From the NCBI GenBank assembly GCA_030697705.1, contig JAUYPE010000006.1:4686-68685 (forward strand): a stretch of 64,000 nt of DNA, read 5' to 3'. Below are positions 57,144 to 64,000 of the stretch, piece by piece; the stretch's first letter is position 1, and every line of letters begins with the position of its first letter. This DNA is from a bacterium. Lineage in GTDB: Bacteria; Patescibacteriota; Minisyncoccia; Sungbacterales; HO2-52-23. The position numbers and the translations under genes were made by a program. The notes under the pieces are model-generated. The model saw only the letters and a program-made list of their open reading frames with translations, searched no databases and was not told where the DNA came from.

Positions 57144-57232
57144 CGTCATTCAAGGTGTAGCGAAGGATTTTTCGTACGATTTCAGTATACTGAAAATAGT
57201 AACGGGATTCCTCGCGGGTGCTCGGAATGACG
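57144..57232 (+). repeat. CGTC-type palindromic element copy 7 (intergenic)
   Basis: TATCCGTCATT..GCGAAGGAT..TTCAGTATACTGAA..ACGGGATTCCTCG..CTCGGAATGACGGATA. Confidence 0.9.
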
Positions 57233-57292
57233 GATAGGGGAGAGAGAAGGTCTCCTTTTGTTATCATTCTTTATTCTTACTTCTTCATTTCT

Positions 57293-58528
57293 ATGGCGGC
57301 GCGTACTATTATTGCGGCATTGGATGTGGGTACCTCAACCGTGCAGACGGTTGTGGCGGAGCGTGCCCGCGGGGAGCAGGAGCTCCATATTTTGGGTGTA
57401 GGCATCGTGCCGTCGCAGGGTATTCGCCGCGGCGCAGTGGTTGATCTGGAGGAGGCGACAGCCGCGATTCGGGCATCAGCCGAGGCGGCGAGCCGCGCGG
57501 CGGGCGTACCGGTAACATCGGTGTGGCTTTCCGTCGGCGGATCGCAGGTTTCCGTCTCGTCTTCGCGGGGTGTTATTGCCGTCTCGCGTGCGGACGGGGA
57601 AATCTCGCCCGAGGATGTGCGGCGCGCTATTGCGGCGGCCGAGACATTCGTCCCGAGAAATCCCAATAAAGAGACGCTCCATATCATTCCCCGCGATTTC
57701 AAAGTGGACCACGAGAGCGGGGTGAAGGATCCCGTGGGGATGCACGGTGTGCGGCTGGAGGTGGATACGCTTATTATAGAGTGCTCTAGTCCGTTTTTAA
57801 AAAATCTTATTAAATGCGTGGAAGGGGCGGGACTTCGCGTTGAGGATTATGTATTCGGACCGCTTGCTGCCGCCGAGGTGGCGCTCACGAAGCGGCAAAA
57901 AGAACTTGGTGTCATGCTGGTGGATATCGGCGGCGGGACGGCGAGTTTTATTATTTTTGACGAGGGAATGCCAGTGCATGCTGGTGTTTTACCCGTAGGC
58001 GGGATGCACATTACCAACGATGTTGCCATTGGATTTCGTACGCATGTGGATGTCGCCGAGGCGATGAAGTGCACGCATGGCTCATGCTTGCCTACGCTCT
58101 TCACTAAAAAAGACAACATCCGGCTTGCGGAATTCATACCTGACGAGAGCGCGGTCTATTCGCGCCGTGAGCTTGCCGAAATGATCGAGGCGCGACTTCA
58201 TGATATCTTTGAACTGCTTCGCAAGGAGCTCAAAAAAATAGATCGGCGCCACTTACTTCCGGCTGGCGTCATTCTTACGGGAGGGTCATCGGTTTTACCG
58301 GGTGTGGTGCAGGCGACGCGCGAGGAGTTCGGTTTGCCCGTGGAGGCTGGGCAGCTCCATATGGGGGATAATTTGGATGAGCGGCTCACGCCTTCCCTTG
58401 CCGCCGCATGCGGTGTGCTTGCATGGGCGAATCAGCACACGACCACCTCCTTCTCTCTTTTTGAGGAGCACTCGCTTCGTGTGCGGAAAAGCAAGGTGGT
58501 GAGGTGGCTTAAATCTCTCCTGCCCTAG
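57293..58528 (+). CDS. ftsA: cell division protein FtsA
   Basis: ALDVGTS, GIRRG.VVD, DP.GM.G.RLE, VDIGGGT, GG.HITND, ILTGG. Confidence 0.96.
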   Translation: MAARTIIAALDVGTSTVQTVVAERARGEQELHILGVGIVPSQGIRRGAVVDLEEATAAIRASAEAASRAAGVPVTSVWLSVGGSQVSVSSSRGVIAVSRADGEISPEDVRRAIAAAETFVPRNPNKETLHIIPRDFKVDHESGVKDPVGMHGVRLEVDTLIIECSSPFLKNLIKCVEGAGLRVEDYVFGPLAAAEVALTKRQKELGVMLVDIGGGTASFIIFDEGMPVHAGVLPVGGMHITNDVAIGFRTHVDVAEAMKCTHGSCLPTLFTKKDNIRLAEFIPDESAVYSRRELAEMIEARLHDIFELLRKELKKIDRRHLLPAGVILTGGSSVLPGVVQATREEFGLPVEAGQLHMGDNLDERLTPSLAAACGVLAWANQHTTTSFSLFEEHSLRVRKSKVVRWLKSLLP

Positions 58529-58757
58529 GGTGGTTGTGAGGTCTGAAAAGGTGGGTATAAGGTGTGGAAGAGGTGGGGATGAATTTTGGTATGCGATGCA
58601 CTCTTGGGGTACTAAGGGCTTTTTTGGCTCACAGTGTGATTTTTTTGATAAAAATGATACCTGCTTGCAGGCGAAGAGTGCGCATGGTACAAGGTAAGGG
58701 TATGGTTATGCTTAAGAGAGCGGTTGATCGTGATGGGCTGATAAATTTTTAAATGAT

Positions 58758-59861
58758 ATGCCCCAACAAAAACCAGATATTGAAACCTACGCGCGCATCA
58801 AAGTTGTCGGCGTGGGCGGCGGCGGTGGCAAGGCCGTGACGCGTATGATTGACCACAAGATCAGCGGCGTTGATTTCATTACCATCAATACCGACGCGCA
58901 GGATCTGCACTTTACCAAGGCGCGGACGAAAATTCACGTGGGTAAAAATTTGACCAAAGGACTCGGTGCGGGCATGAATCCTGAAGTGGGGCGCCAGGCC
59001 GCGGAAGAAAACCGCGACGAGATTCATGAAGCGCTCAAAGGCGCGGATATGATTTTTCTCACCGGCGGGCTCGGAGGCGGGACATGTTCGGGTGCCTCGC
59101 CCATTGTGGCGGAGGTGGCGCGCGAGGCGGGTGCGTTGGTTATCGGCGTCGTTACTAAGCCCTTCAGTTTTGAGGGTATCCAGCGTGCGCGTCTTGCCGA
59201 AGAGGCGTGGCAATTACTGCGTGATCGGGTCGACGCGCTCATTACCATCCACAATGACCGCATGCTTGGCGTTATCGGCAAAGAAACGCCGTTGCTTGGG
59301 GCGTTTGCGATTTGCGATGACGTACTTCGCCAGGCGGTGCAAGGAATCTCTGATTTAATTATTACGCCGGGTATCATCAATGTTGATTTTGCGGACGTGC
59401 GGGCAATTATGTCCGATGCCGGTTCCGCGCTTATGGGCGTGGGTCTGGGATCAGGGGAAGATCGTGCGGTAGTTGCGGCGCGCGCGGCCGTCAGCTCGCC
59501 TTTGCTTGACGTTTCCATAAACGGTGCGCGTGGGGTGCTCTTTAATGTCTCGGGTGGGACGGATCTCACAATGTGGGAGATTAATGAGGCGGCGCGCGTT
59601 ATTACCGAATCCATTGACCGCGATGCGAAGGTAATTTTCGGCGCAGTGCACGATGAGCATTTGAAAAAAGGTGAGGTGAAGATCACGGTCATCGCGACGG
59701 GATTTTCCGCGCCGCACGGAGGAATTGGGTCTACTCCGCGGGCGGAAGAGCATACAGAGCATGAGGAGGAGCGGCATGCCGCGACCCCTGCCCCTGCGGA
59801 ACGATCACATCGGATGGATGATATTGACATCCCGGCATTTCTCCGCCGTCGTGGAGTGTAA
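58758..59861 (+). CDS. ftsZ: cell division protein FtsZ
   Basis: VVGVGGGG, NTDAQ, GLGAG, GGGTCSG, INVDFADV, DIPAFLR. Confidence 0.98.
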   Translation: MPQQKPDIETYARIKVVGVGGGGGKAVTRMIDHKISGVDFITINTDAQDLHFTKARTKIHVGKNLTKGLGAGMNPEVGRQAAEENRDEIHEALKGADMIFLTGGLGGGTCSGASPIVAEVAREAGALVIGVVTKPFSFEGIQRARLAEEAWQLLRDRVDALITIHNDRMLGVIGKETPLLGAFAICDDVLRQAVQGISDLIITPGIINVDFADVRAIMSDAGSALMGVGLGSGEDRAVVAARAAVSSPLLDVSINGARGVLFNVSGGTDLTMWEINEAARVITESIDRDAKVIFGAVHDEHLKKGEVKITVIATGFSAPHGGIGSTPRAEEHTEHEEERHAATPAPAERSHRMDDIDIPAFLRRRGV

Positions 59862-59957
59862 AAAATGTTACGGATCGGTTGGAAAAAGCATCATAGCAAT
59901 AAATAAGCCGGGGATCTTGTGGATCCTCGGCTAATACTTTGTTGGCTATGGGGAGTC

Positions 59958-60344
59958 CTATTTCTCGCAGTTTTCAAAAATTTCAGGATTCTGCATAATG
60001 ACAAGTCCTGCGGTGTTAATATCAGGGTCAGGTAAAAGTCTCCGCCGCAAGATTTGTGGAACTGGCAGTAACTTTTCTAATCCCACAGGCTTCAACAGGA
60101 TTGAAATAGGATCTTTACTCGTTGTCTCGCCGATCATAATTGCGACTAAGACATCTTGATAGTGCAAGTGCACCGTCTGCATGCCTTTTTTTGGCGAGTT
60201 GACAAAGGCACTTACCTTCACATCTTTGTAAACACAGACATGATTTGGTGGTCTTGCCATTGGTTTTTTTGGTTTTGAATGAGCTATTACCGCTTGGCAA
60301 CTAACCAACATTGTGATCAGAAGCAGGATCGCAAACTTTCTCAT
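59958..60344 (-). CDS. hypothetical exported/lipoprotein-like protein
   Basis: signal peptide with LVSC; AGGAG upstream. Confidence 0.55.
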   Translation of the reverse strand: MRKFAILLLITMLVSCQAVIAHSKPKKPMARPPNHVCVYKDVKVSAFVNSPKKGMQTVHLHYQDVLVAIMIGETTSKDPISILLKPVGLEKLLPVPQILRRRLLPDPDINTAGLVIMQNPEIFENCEK

Positions 60345-60432
60345 ACCTTTCTCCTCGTTGTAGATAAGATCCAGGTGACCGATTGCGAATCTATCATAGT
60401 ACTTTCTTTATATTTTGTCAACCTTTACCTTT

Positions 60433-60476
60433 TTATCCACAGTTTTTTTGACCTGTATTTTTAAGAGGCGTATACT
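60433..60476 (+). promoter_or_regulatory. nrdJ promoter with adjacent DnaA box
   Basis: TTATCCACA 60433-60441; TTGACC-17-TATACT 60448-60476. Confidence 0.6.
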
Positions 60477-60578
60477 GCAAGCAGACACAGTGATTTTATC
60501 AATTTTCTCCGGAAAAAGTTCTCTTTCGTCCGAAAAACTCCTCTTCGGATGAAAGAGTATTTTTGTCTCTCAATCTCT

Positions 60579-63374
60579 ATGGCAAAGACAGCAGTAACAA
60601 GCGAGATGGCGGGTGTTTTGGGGGGTAAGGCGCATATAGGGGCGAGGGATTTAAAGAAACGACTGCCGTTGAAGCGGATGTTTACTAAGGAAGGCGTTCA
60701 TCCTTTTGATAAAATTGCGTGGAAGCAGGTGCGCGTAATGGTGCGCGGGAGCGGGATGAATACCACCGCCGAGGAGCGGGAGCTTGAGTTTCCCGAATTT
60801 TGGTCCGACAACGCGACGAGCATCGCTGGCTCTAAGTATTTCCGTGGACGCATCGGTTCCGCGGGACGCGAGACATCCGTGCGCTCTATGATTACGCGCG
60901 TGGTGACTGTCATCCGCGGATGGGGCGTGGAGTTCGGCTATTTTGACGGCGCGGCGGAGGCGGATATTTTTGCGGCGGAGCTCACCCATATTCTTCTGCA
61001 TCAAAAAGCGGCGTTTAACTCGCCCGTGTGGTTTAATGTTGGTGTAGAAAGCCCGCCCCAGTGCTCGGCATGCTTTATCCTCGCGGTGGAGGACAGTATG
61101 GAGTCTATTTTGGAGTGGATTACCACCGAGGGAATGATTTTCAAACGCGGTTCGGGTGCTGGTGTGAATCTCTCACCGCTTCGCTCCACGAAAGAAACGC
61201 TCACCCATGGCGGACGCTCCTCGGGACCGGTCTCGTTTATGCGGGGTGGGGATGCGGTGGCGGGGATGATCGCCTCGGGTGGTTCCACGCGGCGCGCGGC
61301 AAAGATGGTGGTGATGAATATTGATCATCCCGACATCATGCAGTTTATTCGTTGCAAGGCGGAGGAGGAGAAAAAAGTCCACGCGCTGATTAAAGCGGGG
61401 TACAATATGTACGACCTCAACAATCCCGCATGGAACTCCATTCAATATCAAAATGCCAACAACTCTGTGCGCGTGACCGACGAATTCATGCACGCCGTGG
61501 AGGAGGATGAGACGATTGCGACGCGTTATATCACGACAGGCGAGATTGCCAGCGAATACAAAGCTCGCGAACTCATGCGCGAGATTGCGCAGGCGGCGTG
61601 GGAGTCGGGGGATCCGGGCATGCAGTATGACACGACGATTAACCGCTGGCACACCGCAAGCAACACCGGACGGATCAATGCGTCAAACCCGTGTTCAGAA
61701 TATATGCACTTGGATAACAGCGCATGTAATCTCGCTTCTATCAATCTTCTGAAGTACCTCGATGCCGACGGCTCGTTTGCGGTGCGTGATTTCGCGCACA
61801 CGGTTGATATTATGATTCTTGCCCAAGAGATTGTCGTGGATGGCTCGCGCTATCCGACGGAAAAAATCGCTAAGAATTCACATGATTTTCGCCAACTTGG
61901 GCTCGGATTTGCCAATTTGGGCGCGCTTCTGATGACCTGGGGATATCCCTACGACTCGGAGCGGGCGCGGCATACCGCAGGAGCGCTCACGGCGCTTATG
62001 TGCGGTGAGGCGTACCGTTACTCGGCCGAGATAGCACGGCGCATGGGACCGTTTGCCGGCTATGCCATAAATCGCGAACCGATGCTCGGCGTTTTGGCGA
62101 TGCATCGCGACGGCATGCGGCGCGTGAGGCGCGACCGCACGGCCGACGCGGCAATTCACGAGGCGGCGCAAAAAAGCTGGGACGAAGCATTGGCGCTCGG
62201 CACGAAATACGGCGTGCGCAATTCGCAGGTGACCGTTATTGCACCGACGGGTACCATCGCGCTCATGATGGACTGTGCGACGACGGGCGTGGAGCCGGAG
62301 TTTGCGCTCGTAAAGATGAAAAAACTCGTCGGTGGTGGGACGATGAAATTCGTCAATACTTCGGTTTCGGCCGCATTGGATAAGTTGGGTTACGGCAAAG
62401 AGGCGACCATTGAGATTGTCGCGTATCTGGAAAGAACCGGTACAATTGAAGGTGCGCCGCATATCAAAGACGAGCACTTGGCGGTCTTTGACTGCGCCAT
62501 TCAGCCGGCGAACGGCAAGCGCTCCATCTCATGGCAGGGGCATGTCAAAATGGTTGCCGCCGTTCAGCAATTCATCTCCGGCGCGATTTCCAAGACCTTC
62601 AATATGCCTGCTGAAACGACGGTGGAGGAGATTATGGATGCCTATATGATGGGATGGAAGCTGGAGCTTAAGGCGTTTGCTGTCTACCGCGACGGATCCA
62701 AAGCCGCCCAGCCGCTCACGGTGGCGGGTGACACGAAGGGTGGGAAAAAAGAAGAAATAACGCACAAGCCTCTCCGCCGCCATCTGCCCGCAACGCGCGC
62801 GTCCGAAACGCATAAGTTCTCCATCGCCGGTCATGAGGGATTTTTAACCTACAGCATGTATGAAGACGGCGCGCTTGCCGAGATTTTTATCCGCATGTCA
62901 AAACAGGGCTCAACACTCGCTGGTTTATTAGATGTCTTTGCCATCGCCGTTTCTATTGCGCTCCAATATGGCGTGCCGCTTAAAACGATGACGCGCCGCT
63001 TCTCCTACGGTCGTTTTGAGCCTGCCGGCTACACGGATAATCCCGCCATTCAGGTGGCAACCTCCATCACGGATTATATCTTCCGGTATCTCGCGATACG
63101 CTTCCTTCCGGAAGCCGATCTTGATGAGTTAGGAATAAAAGCACCCGTTAAAGAAATTGAGGTATCGGGAGAAAAAACGGATCTGCCCGCCATGCACAGT
63201 AGCGTAACACCGGCTCCCTCGCTGGTTGTAGAGGAGCATCGAGAGACGGTGCGGAGTGAGATAAAGACCGTAGTATATGCGGACAGCGTCTGCCGCCAGT
63301 GCGGGGGGATGCTTATCCAGACAGGCACGTGCAAAACCTGTATCCAATGCGGCACGAGTAACGGAGGGTGTTGA
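60579..63374 (+). CDS. nrdJ: class II (adenosylcobalamin-dependent) ribonucleotide reductase
   Basis: FNSPVWFN, QCSACFI, TRRAAKM, ASNPCSEY, APTGT, ISKT.N, YRDGSK, TSCPD-like domain, C-terminal Cys cluster. Confidence 0.95.
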   Translation: MAKTAVTSEMAGVLGGKAHIGARDLKKRLPLKRMFTKEGVHPFDKIAWKQVRVMVRGSGMNTTAEERELEFPEFWSDNATSIAGSKYFRGRIGSAGRETSVRSMITRVVTVIRGWGVEFGYFDGAAEADIFAAELTHILLHQKAAFNSPVWFNVGVESPPQCSACFILAVEDSMESILEWITTEGMIFKRGSGAGVNLSPLRSTKETLTHGGRSSGPVSFMRGGDAVAGMIASGGSTRRAAKMVVMNIDHPDIMQFIRCKAEEEKKVHALIKAGYNMYDLNNPAWNSIQYQNANNSVRVTDEFMHAVEEDETIATRYITTGEIASEYKARELMREIAQAAWESGDPGMQYDTTINRWHTASNTGRINASNPCSEYMHLDNSACNLASINLLKYLDADGSFAVRDFAHTVDIMILAQEIVVDGSRYPTEKIAKNSHDFRQLGLGFANLGALLMTWGYPYDSERARHTAGALTALMCGEAYRYSAEIARRMGPFAGYAINREPMLGVLAMHRDGMRRVRRDRTADAAIHEAAQKSWDEALALGTKYGVRNSQVTVIAPTGTIALMMDCATTGVEPEFALVKMKKLVGGGTMKFVNTSVSAALDKLGYGKEATIEIVAYLERTGTIEGAPHIKDEHLAVFDCAIQPANGKRSISWQGHVKMVAAVQQFISGAISKTFNMPAETTVEEIMDAYMMGWKLELKAFAVYRDGSKAAQPLTVAGDTKGGKKEEITHKPLRRHLPATRASETHKFSIAGHEGFLTYSMYEDGALAEIFIRMSKQGSTLAGLLDVFAIAVSIALQYGVPLKTMTRRFSYGRFEPAGYTDNPAIQVATSITDYIFRYLAIRFLPEADLDELGIKAPVKEIEVSGEKTDLPAMHSSVTPAPSLVVEEHRETVRSEIKTVVYADSVCRQCGGMLIQTGTCKTCIQCGTSNGGC

Positions 63375-63436
63375 TCAAGAAAATAAAAAATAGCAGAGGA
63401 TGAAGAATCCTCTGCTTGGCGTGCTTATGTCTTCGC

Positions 63437-63712
63437 CTAGCGATCCAGTAGTTCTCCGTTTTGCCGCGAAGATGGCCGGTCGCAGTATTCTTTTTGTGCC
63501 TTTGGAGTAAATCCAACTCCACAGTTTGGACAGAAGATATTGGAGGGGAGGCCACCGCTTTCATCGGAAATGGTTCCTGTATTGCAATAACATCCATTGT
63601 AGCAGAAGGGCTCCGCAAGCCATCTCTGGACATCATTTAGTGCTTGTTCTTCCTGTTCCAAAGGCACACAAAGAACGATATACACATATCCACTTTCTGT
63701 GTTTTTTTCCAT
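63437..63712 (-). CDS. hypothetical Cys-rich protein
   Basis: likely start MEKNTES with GAGG upstream; CxxxCxC, CPNC. Confidence 0.5.
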   Translation of the reverse strand: MEKNTESGYVYIVLCVPLEQEEQALNDVQRWLAEPFCYNGCYCNTGTISDESGGLPSNIFCPNCGVGFTPKAQKEYCDRPSSRQNGELLDR

Positions 63713-63881
63713 CGATACTACCCTCTTGTTTTTTGATGTGATAGGACTCTCTTTATGATACACACTTTACACTTTGATTGACAACGGGAGGGGGAAGACG
63801 GTGGCGGCACTCAGTACTGCATGTGATAGAGGAGACGCTTTCCGCATTGCAATGGGCTTGTCAGTGTGCTAGATTGTAGAT

Positions 63882-64000
63882 ATGTTACACTACTCTGTAA
63901 AACTACAAGCTCAGAAAGAGGGCGGGTTCACCGTTACCGTTCCTGCATTGCCGGGGTGTATTTCGGAGGGTGAGACCATGGAGGAGGCATTGGAAAATAT
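63882..64000 (+). CDS. HicB-family antitoxin (runs off the window end)
   Basis: MLHYSVKL...EGGFTVTVPALPGCISEGETMEEALEN. Confidence 0.88.
   Translation, partial: MLHYSVKLQAQKEGGFTVTVPALPGCISEGETMEEALEN

Noticed and set aside
4921-57232. Palindromic repeats as a CRISPR array
   Set aside because: Copies are dispersed over 52 kb, vary in length, have no spacer periodicity, and no cas genes are present.
1-64000. Alternative genetic code (TGA=Gly)
   Set aside because: Conserved genes end at TGA at the expected positions and long genes have no internal TGA.

Overview
A gene-dense stretch of a bacterial chromosome. Gene content and style suggest Patescibacteria/CPR (Parcubacteria-like); this is an inference. 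It uses the standard code 11, with TGA as a stop. The housekeeping backbone is ileS, recO, glyQS, M16 peptidase, metG, tatD, leuS, glmS, an ATP-citrate-lyase-like cluster, yvcK, tsaC, dcd, glyA, folD, folC, tRNA-Leu(CAA), parAB, topA, dprA, mfd, pth, lepB, a degenerate hisS, HIT, rpsU, yqeY, ybeY, ftsA, ftsZ and nrdJ. Three layers are not explained by gene calls. (1) A CGTCAT...ATGAC palindromic element occurs in 7 copies; 3 of them are stop-free, 3n-long in-frame insertions in ileS, leuS and mfd. Two further micro-repeat families also sit inside coding sequence. (2) Three integrase-free cassettes (a RelE-type TA pair, a DUF5678-like/aspartyl-protease pair and a LAGLIDADG gene) are each bracketed by a second, diverged copy of the end of the neighbouring host gene; in the two protein-coding cases the differences are synonymous. 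(3) Downstream of glmS, a minus-strand non-coding locus carries a 68-nt tRNA(Ala)/tmRNA-like fold and an upstream promoter-driven short RNA complementary to it. All calls come from reading motifs by eye; no database searches were run.
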